A stretch of DNA of 64,000 nt, from assembly GCA_951406725.2 (NCBI GenBank), contig OX597827.1, positions 49,414,001 through 49,478,000 of the forward strand. Reading direction: 5' to 3'. A model generated the notes under the pieces. The model was not told the DNA's origin. It saw only the letters and a program-made list of their open reading frames with translations, and did not search any database. Made by a program: the position numbers and the translations under genes. Below are positions 14,161 to 27,842 of this stretch, one piece after another (position 1 is the stretch's first letter; the number at the start of each line of letters is the position of its first letter). This DNA is from Octopus vulgaris. Lineage: Eukaryota.

Positions 14161-15582
14161 CCATTATTTTTGTATTTATTAAATAATGTGTGCATATGTG
14201 TGAGAGAGAAAGAAAACGACAGAGAGAGGGAGGAAGAGATAGCCAGACATACATTTGCATATAATGCATAAAGAGACTTTTACACATTACGCGTGTATAC
14301 ATACATATAGACTTATACATATAATGCTTAAACACACATATAGACTTAGACAGACAGACAGACAGATGACAGAGACGTACATATAATGCACACAAGGAAA
14401 ATATATTTAGAAAAATAATTCAAACTGGCCAGTAGCAAGTATTTGAGGAAGAAAGGCGAATATGAATACAAGTATATTAAATAACATACAAGACAACGTA
14501 TATACATACATTCTGTGTGTGTATGTGTTTATACGTATGTATATATGCGTGTATGTATATGTACGTATGTATATATGAGTGCGTGTGTGTGTGTGTGTGT
14601 GTGTTTATATATATATTTATATATATATATATGAAGGACAATGTCCGATGAAGGACAATGATCCTGAAACACGGTGTCCCTAGATGCAGTTCCGGCGGTT
14701 GGGGGTGTTTGTCTCCCCTTCGTATATGTATATAAGGACACAGGAAAAAAATGTGTCGAAGCTGTCAGGAGGCGTTCGATGCCTCCTAGGGCTATACAAC
14801 GGTGGTGTACCCCCTACTGTCACGTTCTTGTTAGATTGACAGTATACAACCATTCTATCGCCCCACTACCGTACATGTCTCTACGAGAGATTTAGAAATT
14901 CAATATTTCTTATATATATATATATATACACGTTGAGAGAGAGAGAGGGTGTGCATATATATAGTTTTAAAATGTTACCAATTGGAAAACAGATCAAGAT
15001 AAATACATTAAATATAATCAATATAGCATTTCCTTAGACAAGAGTTAATGTTCCTCGCTCAAATGTGTCCATAAAATCATATATGAACACATGGCCTTCA
15101 TCAGCAACTTACAGAATGGCCCTTATGAGCACCTTTCTATATTTTATACAAACTTGTATTTCGACAGTTTTAATGACCAGCCAATCATTGAAGAAAGCTC
15201 AAATACATTCTCTCTTGAAGCAAAGTCTATTCGCATGAAAGAGTTCGACTTTCGTTATTAAACAAAATTGAATTCGCAAAGGACGATTCACATTACTAGT
15301 GACGAGCATTAATATTTCGTAGATATAATGAAAGTAATTACTTCGTGCAAGAGCTCAGCAAGGGGTACAATAAATAACTATGAATCCATAGTTAAAAGTG
15401 GAAAGATATGAATATAGCCTAAATGAATTAAAGCCTGTGCGTGATTTCGTGTATATGCATCTGTGTATATAAATTCATGCACACTATACATAAATGTATT
15501 GAGATATATATGTATGTGTATGTATATACCATATACAACATATATATATATATATGTATGTATGTATATACCACATACAACA

Positions 15583-15616
<34 letters not shown>

Positions 15617-15634
15617 GTATATACCATATACAAC

Positions 15635-15677
<43 letters not shown>

Positions 15678-15735
15678 GTATATACCATATACAACAATAT
15701 ATATATATATATATGTATGTATGTATATACCATAT

Positions 15736-15781
<46 letters not shown>

Positions 15782-15790
15782 ATACCATAT

Positions 15791-15834
<44 letters not shown>

Positions 15835-15893
15835 GTATATACCATATACAACAATATATATATATATGTATGGATGTATATACCATATACAAC

Positions 15894-15926
<33 letters not shown>

Positions 15927-16020
15927 ATACCATATAAAATATATATATATATATATGTATGTATGTATATACCATATAAAATATATATATATGTATATAC
16001 CATATAAATATATATATATA

Positions 16021-18041
16021 TCGCACTGCTTGAATCCAAAAAATATAACCTCCAACAATGCATGAAGACCCTCATCAATAACCAAAGATCAGCTGAGGAG
16101 AAGTGGGCCATTGAAAAAATCAAACTCAACCCCAAAGTGTTCTTTTCATTTGCGAGGAAACGCAGGGTCACTGTCTCCACTGTAGGCCCTCTAATTGACG
16201 AAACTGGCACTCTCCAAGATAATGCCAAATCCATGGCCGAGATACTGCAGAAACAATACTGCTCTGTTTTCAGCAATCCTGATATGGCCGATCTGGGCTG
16301 TATCAGTGATGTCAACCCCCAACACACTATATCGGACATAACGTTTAGTGCCCCTGATGTCTTAGCGGCGATAAACGAAATAAAACACAATTCAGCAGTA
16401 GGCCCCGATAGGTTCCCTGCTTGTGTCCTGAAGGTGTGTCGACACCAACTTGCATCTCCCCTTGCTAATCTGTGGAGAAACTCACTGGATGCTGGCTATA
16501 TTCCAAAAAACCTTCTGTCCCAGTCTGTTGTCCCAGTTTTCAAAAAGGGAAACAAGTCCCTTGCAGTGAATTACCGTCCGATCTCACTCACCTCTCATAT
16601 CATCAAGGTATTTGAGAGGGTGGTGAGATCTCAAATAACCCAATTTCTGGAAAGCAACAGACGGCTGATCTCCAACCAACATGGGTTCCGTAATGGAAGG
16701 GACTGCCTAACGCAGCTCCTGCACCACTTTGAGGACATTTTGAGAGCTTTGGGAGAGGGCTCCAACACCGATGTCATCTACCTTGATTTCAGTAAGGCCT
16801 TCGACAGGGTCGATCACAAGATCCTATTGAAAAAACTATCCAACATTGGTGTCTCTGGAAAGTTACTGAAATGGATTAAGTGTTTCCTGACAGACAGATC
16901 TCAACATGTTGTAGTTGAAGGGGTAAAATCAAGCCCAGCCAAAGTCAGTAGTGGCGTTCCGCAAGGCACTGTGCTGGGCCCACTTCTTTTCATCATTTAC
17001 ATTAATGACATTAATGACATTAATGACATCATCAAGCACAGCAACATAAAAATCTTTGCAGATGACTCCAAGCTACAGAAGGTCATAAATGAGGCGAGTG
17101 ACCGGACATGCCTTCAGTCAGATCTACTGGCTGTTATCCAATGGGCAGAAAAAAACAATATGCTGCTGAACGAGGATAAATTTGAGCTAATCCACTTTGG
17201 AAAAGAGGATGCCCTGAAACTCCCATACTCCCTTCCTTCAGGTGAAACTCTCACGGCGTCCAACAACATCAGAGACTTGGGAGTAATTGTGGACAACAAC
17301 GTAAGCTGGGCCACTCATATAAACACCAAAGTTGACATGGCCCGCAGAATGTGTTCCTGGATTCTCAGAACTTTCCAGTCGAGAGATATCCACACCATTA
17401 TCCTTCTCTTCTCCACTTTTGCCCGACCCCACCTTGAATACTGTTGTCCACTGTGGTCTCCCCACACAATACAAGGTATCATAAAAGTCGAAGCACCTCA
17501 AAGGGCAATCACAAAAAAGATAGATGGCATGACAGGCCTCGACTATTGGGGTCGACTAGAAAAGCTAAAACTCTATTCTCTCCAACGTCGTCGTGAGCGC
17601 TACATCATCTGCATGATGTGGAAAATATTCCATCAGCATTGCCCAAATGATGTTGGCATCACCTTTAAGGTACATCCAAGGCTTGGGCCCCGTGCCATCC
17701 GCCCAAAACAAAAATCGCACTCTCATCTCATAACAACAAAAACAACAATACGGCACAATTATTTCACCTCAATTGGCCCCGCTCTCTTTAACATTACACC
17801 AAAACACATTAAAACAGAAACTGACCCTATAGGGTTCAAGAAGTCTTTGGACAGATTCCTTCAAGAAATCCCGGATAAACCCCCTACACCCGGATATGTC
17901 TCTGTAAACAATAACTCTCTACTTGAGTGGGCCATAGTGCCCAAATTCTGACTTGAAAGACTTCACCAGGTGGTGCTATTAAGTTAGACATGGCCTGGGC
18001 CAATAATGGCCGAAACCTATCAAAGTATCAAAGTATCAAAG
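16021..18041 (+). mobile_element. 5'-truncated CR1-group non-LTR retrotransposon inserted into a minisatellite
   Basis: Frame open from the left junction; short 3' UTR with GGCCA-ATAA-TGGCC hairpin; terminal (TATCAAAG)x3 at 18018-18041; TA runs on both sides. Confidence 0.92.
16062..17951 (+). CDS. LINE ORF2 reverse transcriptase (endonuclease domain lost by 5' truncation)
   Basis: 629 aa without stops; motifs [56 protein letters not shown]. Confidence 0.95.
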   Translation: MKTLINNQRSAEEKWAIEKIKLNPKVFFSFARKRRVTVSTVGPLIDETGTLQDNAKSMAEILQKQYCSVFSNPDMADLGCISDVNPQHTISDITFSAPDVLAAINEIKHNSAVGPDRFPACVLKVCRHQLASPLANLWRNSLDAGYIPKNLLSQSVVPVFKKGNKSLAVNYRPISLTSHIIKVFERVVRSQITQFLESNRRLISNQHGFRNGRDCLTQLLHHFEDILRALGEGSNTDVIYLDFSKAFDRVDHKILLKKLSNIGVSGKLLKWIKCFLTDRSQHVVVEGVKSSPAKVSSGVPQGTVLGPLLFIIYINDINDINDIIKHSNIKIFADDSKLQKVINEASDRTCLQSDLLAVIQWAEKNNMLLNEDKFELIHFGKEDALKLPYSLPSGETLTASNNIRDLGVIVDNNVSWATHINTKVDMARRMCSWILRTFQSRDIHTIILLFSTFARPHLEYCCPLWSPHTIQGIIKVEAPQRAITKKIDGMTGLDYWGRLEKLKLYSLQRRRERYIICMMWKIFHQHCPNDVGITFKVHPRLGPRAIRPKQKSHSHLITTKTTIRHNYFTSIGPALFNITPKHIKTETDPIGFKKSLDRFLQEIPDKPPTPGYVSVNNNSLLEWAIVPKF

Positions 18042-18069
18042 TATATATATATATATATATATGTATATA

Positions 18070-18108
<39 letters not shown>

Positions 18109-18223
18109 ATATACAATATATATATATATATATATGTATATACCATATACATATATATATATATATATGTATGTATATACCATATACAATATATATATAT
18201 ATATATGTATGTATATACCATAT

Positions 18224-18292
<69 letters not shown>

Positions 18293-18357
18293 CATATACA
18301 ATATATATATATATATATATACCATATACAATATATATATATAATATATATATATAT

Positions 18358-18417
<60 letters not shown>

Positions 18418-18491
18418 CCATATAAAATATATATATATATATATATATATACCATATACAATATATATATATATATATGTATGTATATACC

Positions 18492-18525
<34 letters not shown>

Positions 18526-18579
18526 ATACCATATACAATATATATATATATATGTATGTATGTATATACCATATACAAC

Positions 18580-18613
<34 letters not shown>

Positions 18614-18625
18614 ATACCATATAAA

Positions 18626-18659
<34 letters not shown>

Positions 18660-18673
18660 ATACCATATAAAAA

Positions 18674-18707
<34 letters not shown>

Positions 18708-18842
18708 ATACCATATACAATATATATATATATATATGTATATACCATATACAATATATATATATATATATATGTATGTATATACCATATACAATATATA
18801 TATATATATATACCATATACAATATATATATATATATATACC

Positions 18843-18875
<33 letters not shown>

Positions 18876-19071
18876 CCATATACAATATATATATATATAT
18901 ATATACCATATACAATATATATATATATATATATATGTATGTATATACCATATACAATATATATATATATATATATGTATGTATATACCATATACAATAT
19001 ATATATATATGTATGTATGTATATACCATATACAACAATATATATATATATATATATATACCATATACAAC

Positions 19072-19107
<36 letters not shown>

Positions 19108-19346
19108 ATACCATATAAAATATATATATATATATATGTATGTATGTATATACCATATAAAAATATATATATATATATATATATGTGTATGTATGTATAT
19201 ACCATATACAATATATATATATATATATATGTATATACCATATACAATATATATATATATATATGTATGTATGTATATACCATATACAATATATATATAT
19301 ATATATATATACCATATACATATATATATATATATATATACCATAT

Positions 19347-19384
<38 letters not shown>

Positions 19385-19547
19385 ATATACAATATATATA
19401 TATATATATATACCATATACAATATATATATATATGTATGTATGTATATACCATATACAATATATATATATATGTATGTATGTATGTATATACCATATAC
19501 AACAATATATATATATGTATGTATGTATGTATATACCATATACAACA

Positions 19548-19579
<32 letters not shown>

Positions 19580-19640
19580 ATACCATATACAACAATATAT
19601 ATATATATGTATGTATATACCATATACAACAATATATATA

Positions 19641-19673
<33 letters not shown>

Positions 19674-20284
19674 ATACCATATACAACAATATATATATAT
19701 GTATGTATGTATGTATGTATATACCATATACAACAATATATATATATATATGTATGTATGTATCTATATACCATATACAACAATATATATATATGTATAT
19801 ATATATATTATATAATTAGGGCTTAGTAAAATAAATTACTTTGCCACATACTGAACTTTCTAGAAATAGCAGCCAAAAAAGTTTTTTAGCCATTTCCACT
19901 ACTTAATGAAAATTTCTCTCAGATAATGTTTACTCAAAATAACTCACGAAGGTATGGAGGTAAAAACAGAAAAATATCACAAGTACAAAGATTATTTGAG
20001 AACGTTAATGTTTCTAGATTAGCCAAATAAACTCAGCATTTCTTTCGTCAGCTCAACATTTCTTATTTTGGAATTGGAAGCACTAAAAAGAAAGAACATA
20101 CCCTTTGGCGACTTATCACCTCAGATGACCCGTTCAGACTGCCAGTACCAACAAATTCAAAATGTGCAAGCGAAGATTCCCTGCTCTCCCCTTCCACCCA
20201 CGTGAGTTATCTAGCAAACATTATATTTTAACGGTGAGAACCGAGGCAATATGACGTGTGTATGTATGTATGTATATACCATAT

Positions 20285-20321
<37 letters not shown>

Positions 20322-20361
20322 TATATTCATACACATTCACATATAACTTTGATCATTTAAC

Positions 20362-20696
20362 CTTTTGCTTGTTTCAGTCATTAGACTACGGCCATGCTGG
20401 GGCACAACCATGAGGAATTTTTAGTCGAATGTATTGACCACTAATTTTTAAAGTCTTGTACTTGTTCTAGCGATCTTTTTGCCGTACTGCTAAGTTACGG
20501 GGATGTAAATACACCAGCACCGTTGTCAAGCTGTGGGTGGGGGGAGACAAACACAGAGGCAAAACACACACATAGAAATACATATACGACGGGTTTCTTT
20601 CAGTTTCCGTCAATCAAATCTACTCACAAGGATTTGGTTAGCTCTAGGCTAAATTAGAAGACACTTGCTCAAAGTGCCACGCAGTGGAACTGAACC
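20362..20696 (-). mobile_element. SINE family A, diverged
   Basis: Colinear similarity to 41750-42085. Confidence 0.75.
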
Positions 20697-21211
20697 TTAC
20701 GTCTATATGTAGAAATACATGTTTAAAAGCCTGAAAGAAAAGAACTGAGCGAAAGAAGTCAATAACATTATGTAAAGAGGAATTATTTGCATTTTTACAT
20801 ATCGGCACTTAAACGACTCGTCACGTTTCCTTCGTTTCAGAATTCCGTAGAGATGCACAGGTTTTGTCTGTGTGTACTTTCCGTTATTGGTGGAAGGCGT
20901 CAACAAAAATGTACTCCATCCTGTAAGAGATAAATACTTATTAATATGAAGAGAATTTAAATGCGCGTTGGTATTACTTTCATGCCTCTGAAAATACAGT
21001 GATCTTACAAGCTTGTAAAGCATGCCGCGTACCATGTATTTTCAGGCAATCATTCAATCTGAAGCGACAGAAAGTCGTACCAAAGCAGCAATAAGAAAGG
21101 TCTCGACTTGGTGGTGCAATACTAAAATACAAAACCATAGCACTACACGTACGTAAGAAACACAGAACTGAGATTAAAAGTAGAGTGAAAAACATGCAAT
21201 AACAACTAGAC

Positions 21212-21864
21212 GTAATGGTTTCAAACTTTGGAACTGTCCCAGGAGTTTTTGAAGGGAGAGGAAAGTCTGAAATTTGGCGGAAGGGAATTAGACGATTATA
21301 TCGACTCCCAATGCTCAACTGGTATTATTTCATAGACCTCGAAAGTATGCAAGACAAAGTCGACCTCGGCGGTATTTGAACGCAAAGACAGCCGAAATAC
21401 CTATTTCTTAATTACACACAAGGGGCTAAACATAGAGGGGACAAACAAGGACAGACATAGGTATTAAGTCGATTACATCGACCCCAGTGCGTAACTGGTA
21501 CTTAATTTATCGACCCCGAAAAGATGAAAGGCAAAGTCGACCTCGGCGGAATTTGAACTCACAACGTAATGCAGACGAAATACCTATTTCTTTACTACCC
21601 ACAAGGGGCTAAACATAGAGGGGACAAACATGGACAGACATAGGTATTAAGTCGATTATATCGACCCCAGTGCTTAACTGGTACTTAATTTATCGACCCC
21701 GAAAGGATGAAAGACAAAGTCGACCTCGGCTCGAATTTGAACTCACAACGTAACGGCAGACGAAATACCGCTAAGCATTTCGCCCGACGTGCTAACGATT
21801 CTGCCAACTCGCCGCCTAAGCATTTTGTCAGGCGTGCTAACGTTTCTATTAGCTAGCTGCCTTA
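21212..21864 (-). mobile_element. SINE family B nested/tandem multimer
   Basis: An older copy interrupted by two 183-185-bp body+tail units (21401-21583, 21584-21768) and a head. Confidence 0.85.
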
Positions 21865-22085
21865 TAAAAACTAGAGATAATAATATTGAGAAGAGCATTG
21901 TCGCTGTAAGAACGATTACCATCCGTGTCGTTTTTTCCACTTTACTTCATTTCATTTTAAATGAACACCCTGGTGTATGTAATTTAAAGGCCTTTCAATA
22001 CAGTGATTTTCTTTGCCCTAGAGGTCGGGAATACAATCGGCAAGAAATGGAAACAAAACTGAAAGAAGAACATCTCATAATAATG

Positions 22086-22294
22086 GTTTCAAATTTTTTC
22101 ACGAGAGGAACAATTTTTACGAGGGTGGAGATGAGTCGATTACATCGACCCTAGTATTCAATTGGCACTTATTTTATCGACCCCGAAAGGATAAACGGTA
22201 AAGTCGACCTTGGCGAAATTTGAACTCAGAACGTAGCGACATACCGCGAAGCATTTCGTTTGGCGTGCTAACGATTCTGCTAGCTCGCCGTCTT
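22086..22294 (-). mobile_element. SINE family B (alternative tail) with TSD
   Basis: Flanked by AAGAACATCTCATAATAATG at 22066-22085 and 22295-22314. Confidence 0.85.
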
Positions 22295-23339
22295 AAGAAC
22301 ATCTCATAATAATGATGTTTATTATAGTACTAGTAGTAGTAGTAGTAGTACATTTTTGACAGAAGGGCAGCGTAGTTTTTAGTAAGACGGTGTTAGTCGA
22401 ATATATCGACTCGCCATTACTTGGCTGTTGAAGCCATCAATAACAATAAAAGCTTAGGACAACTCATAAATCATTTTCTCTATAGTCATTGGATGATTTC
22501 GAACAATTTACAAAGCTCAAATCCCCAGCTTGAGAACCTACTAAAAATTTTTATGCATTTAACCAAGAAATTAAAATGAGTATGTGACAAAACCAAACAT
22601 GGGCAAGCTTTCTCGAGGAGGCTCAAAATCAAATGAGTGCACTACTAAAAAAAAACACAAGTTAATTTTTTGTTAGACGTACCATTAGGAAAGTTCCACA
22701 GGCTGCAGTGTGCTCATTACTGGACTAGACAAATGTACCATAGCTACTTTAAGAAGAGGCAACCGACCATATAAATAAATAGGATTATATGAACCTGACT
22801 TCCTTTCATCTTAGAGAAATAAAAATACAAAATGAGAAAAAGTACTTCAGATGGATTAAACTAATTAAATGTTAGAAATAGGATATGCATCAACATACTG
22901 ACCTTCTCAGTTATGAACCATAGCTTTCACAAATGATGCTACGAAGGAACAACAATTGGAAATACAAAAAATACTACAACTAATAACAATGGTTTCAAAT
23001 TTTGATACAAAGCCCACAAATTAAGAGGATGTGTAAGTCGATTACATCGACTCCGGTGCTCAATTAGTACTCATTTTATGGACTCCGGAAGAAGAAAAGG
23101 TAAAGTTGAACCCGGCGGATTTTGAACTCAGAAAGTAAAGATCCGGAACAAATACTGAAAAATATTTTAAACACAAAGTCAGTGAGCAAAGGTATTTGTT
23201 CCACTTTGAGTTTAAAATATTCTTTTCTATTTTAGGCACAAGGCCCGAAATTTTGGGGGAAGGGGTCAAGTCGATTGGATCGACCCCAGTACGCAACTGG
23301 TACTTAATGTATCGACCCCGAAAGGTCTTCCCATCACTA

Positions 23340-23950
23340 TCCTGGAAATTAGTTGGAAAGCTCCGAGGAGGAAGACTTCCTGGAAAGTTCCGATGAGAGG
23401 AAGGCTTCTTGGAAAGTTCCGAGGATGGGGACTAAATTACCTGAGAAGTTCCGGGGGAAGACTTCCTGGAACTTTTCTATGCTGGCTACGAAATTACCTG
23501 GAAAAATTTTAAGTGCGGGGAGGATTTCTTGGAAAGTTCCGAGGGTGGGTGCAAAATTACCTGGAAAAGTCCTAAGTTGGGGGGGCTTCCTGGAAAATTC
23601 TGAGGAGGGAACAAAAACTTCCTGGAAAGTTCCGGGGTTTGGGACGAAATTACCTGGAAAAGTTCAAGGACGAGGAAGACTTACTGGAAATTTCAGAGGA
23701 CGGGGAGGAGTTCCTGGAAAGTTCCAAGGAAGTGAAGGAACTTCCTGTAAAGTTCGAGTTTGGGACGGGATTACCTGGAAAAGTCCAAGGAGATTACCCG
23801 GAAACTATGAAGGCAGGAATTCCTGGAACGTTCCGAGGAAGGTGGGACTTCTTAGAAGTCATAGACCTCCTCCCCTTCATTGAAACTTTCCAGGATGTCC
23901 TCCCCTTCCTCTCCTTGAAAGTTCCACGGGGGTGCACTTCCTGGAAAGTT
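23340..23950. repeat. Degenerate ~30-bp tandem repeat with core TTCCTGGAAAGTTCC
   Basis: About 17 units 23340-23860; an inverted unit near 23883-23894. Confidence 0.85.
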
Positions 23951-24054
23951 GAAAGGAAAGATCAATTTGCTATAAATCATAGCAGAAAACTGAAATCGCC
24001 CCTTGTAAGATATTTTAAAAGAGATCGGGATAAAACAAAATCGTTTTAAAGTAA

Positions 24055-24337
24055 GATAAAAGCAAGTTCTTAACCGCATCAAGCCGAAACTGTCGCTGGA
24101 AGCTAGGCTCACCAAGCATAGATCGGCATATTTTGGTCATATGCGGAGAAAATCCCTGGAGAATTACATCATGCTCGGAATGATCAGTGGCTAGAGAGGA
24201 AGAGGCCGACCAAGAACCCGATGGCTTGACACCATCAAGAGTGACACGGGAATGGCCATAGCCAATCAGAAAGAAGCGACCCAGGATAGAACTGGCCGGA
24301 GAACACTGATCCATCGAGTAACCGAGAGTCGACTTCG

Positions 24338-24373
<36 letters not shown>

Positions 24374-24375
24374 CG
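24055..24375 (+). mobile_element. RTE/BovB-like LINE 3' fragment
   Basis: Translation YFGHMRRKSLENYIMLG...RGRGRPRTRWLDTIK...IHRVTESRLR followed by a (GACA)n tail. Confidence 0.8.
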
Positions 24376-25962
24376 ATATAGATAGATAAAAACAAGATTA
24401 GCTTTAAAAATATCTTTATTTAAAAAGATTAATCGACATTCCATTTAATTATATTATTAGTTAAATACTGATTTCAAATGTTGGCACAAGGCCAACAATT
24501 TCTTTGTAAGTCGATTTCATCGACCCCAGCACCGAAATGATACTTATTTTATCGACTCCAAACAGGATGAATGGTAAAGTCAACCTCGATGGAATTTGAA
24601 CTCAGAACATGAAGATGGATGAAACGCCGCTTAGCATTTTGCCCGGGATTCTAACGATCCTGCCAGCTCGCCGTCTTAAATCACTTCCAAATGTTAAATT
24701 GTACAAGTGTTTGAGTTTCAATCATCAATTGACAGCCAAAGGATACAAGAATATGCAAACGGCGCTTAACCAATACATCATTACTTAGACATAGTTCACT
24801 TCGTTATACCAAGGGACCGTCTATGGAGTTATACAATCTGCTATAAATTATAGCAGAAAACTGAAACCGCCCCTTGTAAGATATTTAAAATGAGATCGGG
24901 ATAAGTTAGTCCTAGATGCACTAGTCCTAAAATATACCACTGGATAAGCTCAACTAGGAATACTTTTGATCATATTAAGGACAAGAATAACTTAAGGCTA
25001 AACGGCAATGATATAAAAAGATAAATCAGAGAATTGATTATAATTCTCCAGAAAATTCAAATATTGTACTTTACTAGTTAGTATCACTTCATCTTCGTTT
25101 GACCTTCACATGCAGACGAATCAACTATTTAAAAATTCTCATACAATGTTAACACATTCTGGGTTTTTTTCTGTAAGTTTGCCTATGAATGATGAAAGTT
25201 AAGTTCAAAATTATGCGCATAAAATCATTGAGAATTGAGAATCAAGATCTGCTACTTCTACCATATTCCCAGCAGTGTCAATATTTTACATACCTTCAGC
25301 TAGTTTCAGTAAAAAAAAAAATCTAAAATATACTAACTTAAGAATTCATCTCTACTAGTCATTTGAGAGAAGTGAAATGATTTCAAAGAGAGCTGAAGCC
25401 ATGTTACAATATCAATAAGTATTGATTTTTTTTTAAACTTGCCCTACTGAACTCCTCAACAAGAATTTTAAGTCAATTTCACTGAAATGAATACGCTGAG
25501 GGGGAAGTAATTTTGTTAAAGAATACTATTCAATTGAAAACAAGAAATTCCTTCAATCAAATGAGCCAGACGACCTTATAAGCACGTTCGTCTGCTTAAG
25601 TCAAAAAAGATTTTATCTAAAAAGACGTGTCGTCACTTACAGTTGAAAGAAAAATGATTTTGAGCATATTAAATAAGGACATTTTCTTATGGCTGATAGT
25701 TAATGTGAAATGGTTATCTCATTCATAAATTTTATAAAATAATTTTTTTGGTAAAACATGAAAGACCTTTTTTTACTTCGCAATCAAATTACCTTTTAAC
25801 AGGAAATTATTCAACTACCGAATAGTTTTTTTATCTAAAAATCATGAGATACTTTGAAAACCTTTCGATCTTTTCTGTTACCTTTCGATAAAAATTAAAA
25901 TTCAAAACTACAGTAATTTCTAATAGAGATTCCTGCTAAATTAAAAATCCGTTATATATAAA

Positions 25963-26133
25963 GGAGTGGCTATTTGGTAAGTAGCTTGCTTACCAACCAC
26001 ATGGTTCAGGGTTCATTCCCACTGCGTGGCACCTTGGGCAAGTGTCTTATACTATAGCCTCGGGCCGACCAAAGCCTTGTGATTGGATTTGGTAGACGGA
26101 AACTGAAAGAATCCCGTCGTATATATGTATATG

Positions 26134-26196
<63 letters not shown>

Positions 26197-26393
26197 TTGT
26201 GTGTCTGTGTTTTCTCCCAACATCGCTTGAGAACTGATGGTGGTGTGTTTACGTCCCCGTAACTTAACGGTTCAGCAAAAGAGATTGATAGAATAAGTAC
26301 TAGGCTTACAAAGAATAAGTCCTGGGGTCGATTTGCTCGACTAAAGGCGGTGCTCCAGCATGGCTGCAGTCAAATGACTAGAACCAGTAAAAG
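25963..26393 (+). mobile_element. SINE family A, full length
   Basis: tRNA-like head with A/B boxes, CCTTGGGCAAG box, internal (GT)n, conserved tail ...GCAGTCAAATGACT...AGTAAAAG; many similar copies in the window. Confidence 0.85.
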
Positions 26394-26429
<36 letters not shown>

Positions 26430-26885
26430 TTCAAATACGAATTAGATGCAGCTGGAGGTATATAAACAAAGTGGAACACACATACATTAGATGTGTGTTG
26501 TTAGTCTGTCGGGCATTTTATCGGCGAAATAGAATACAAACTCAATGCTCTTAGTGTAAAAACACCCGAAAGCAGACCATAGCCAAGTGAGACGACTCAT
26601 ACCAGATCCCTTTTTCCGGAGCAACACACATCGATGTTTCGTCATTGTTATGACTTATCAATGCCACGTACAGAGAAAAAGAGCCTGCTGTGAACTGTCA
26701 TATATCACAGATACACAACTCACAGCGTATAATATATTTATATATGATATATATCTCATATTTATCATATATATATATATATATACACACACACATATAT
26801 ACATACACACATATATATATACACACACAAACACACACATATATATACACATCATATATATATATATATATATACATCTTATATA

Positions 26886-27651
26886 TACTCCAGTTCTTGT
26901 AGTGATGATGGTGGAGGATATCGACTCCTTACTTGTTTTTCTAAAATACACCATAAATGTTCAATAATAATGGAGATCTGGGCATTGTGGTGGCCAGATA
27001 TGATGTTCAGCTTCACTAGAATGTTCCTTGTGCCATTCAGTAACAACTTTAGCTGTGTGAAGTGGTGCATTATTATCCTGAAAGATTGCGTTTTCCTCCG
27101 GAACCAGTTCCGCAAACATAGGATGAATTTGATCAGATAAAATACTTAAATATTCCTGACTTTTAATTCTGCCATGAAGGTAAACCATTGGGCCGGCGGA
27201 TTTCCAAGATATAGTTCCCCATCTACCCCAGATCATCACAGACCCTCCGCCATGTTTAACAGTTGGAAGACGTCAGTCAGGGTAAAATGCTTCTTTTGGA
27301 TGTCCCCACATGTATACTCGGCCAGTGGTCGGAAATAAGGTAAGGGATGACTTGTCCGAGAAAATAACATTCTTCCACTGCTCTAGGGACCAATTCTGTA
27401 GGTTTTTAACTCCACTCTAAACGCTTCGCAACATTTGCTTTCGAAAGCACCAATAATTTGACCGCTTTGAAAGTCCAATAGATCTGTCATTTTAATTAAT
27501 TTTAATTACTTTTTTCTAATGATATAGAAAAAAAAACAATTAAGCAAAACTAATAATAAATCAAAGAACAAAAATAAACAAGCCTTAGACAGTTTTATAG
27601 ATATTTGAAAATTATGATGCTGTATGTTTCCATTATTTTGTCCAATCGCTG
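26886..27651 (-). mobile_element. Decayed Tc1-like DNA transposon
   Basis: VIFSDKS, TVKHGGGSVMIWG, FQDNNAPLH, WPPQCPDL, IEHLW; TIR-like end CAGCGATTGGACAAAATAATGGAAAC next to TA at 27652. Confidence 0.85.
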
Positions 27652-27842
27652 TATAAATCTGATATATCTATGATATGCACACATATGATAGATATATATG
27701 TATATACACACACACACATACATATATCAGTACATATACATGTATAATGGTATACATATAAGTAGAAATATATGATAGAGCGTTCGCTCCTACATGCAAG
27801 TTTTTTCTCTCCATGTTTCTCTCCTTGTTTTTTTTCTGTGTA

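Larger units (their letters stand above)
15510..19795. repeat. Compound minisatellite TATACCATATACAA(CA)(TA)n(TGTA)n, interrupted by the LINE
   Basis: Dozens of units on both sides of 16021-18041; an orphan unit at 20260-20320. Confidence 0.95.

Noticed and set aside
18020-19826. Long YI/IY-rich ORFs up to 587 aa (also at 5.2, 11.4, 15.4, 48.6 and 57 kb)
   Set aside because: Translations of TA/CA satellites that lack stops in several frames; no protein signal.
22420-22990. Possible decayed retroelement coding sequence (also 15000-15420 and 25100-25900)
   Set aside because: Only isolated weak motifs; family cannot be supported by eye.
23340-23950. CRISPR-like repeat/spacer look and a 176-aa ORF
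   Set aside because: Repeats are degenerate, spacers short and mutually similar, no cas genes, eukaryotic context.
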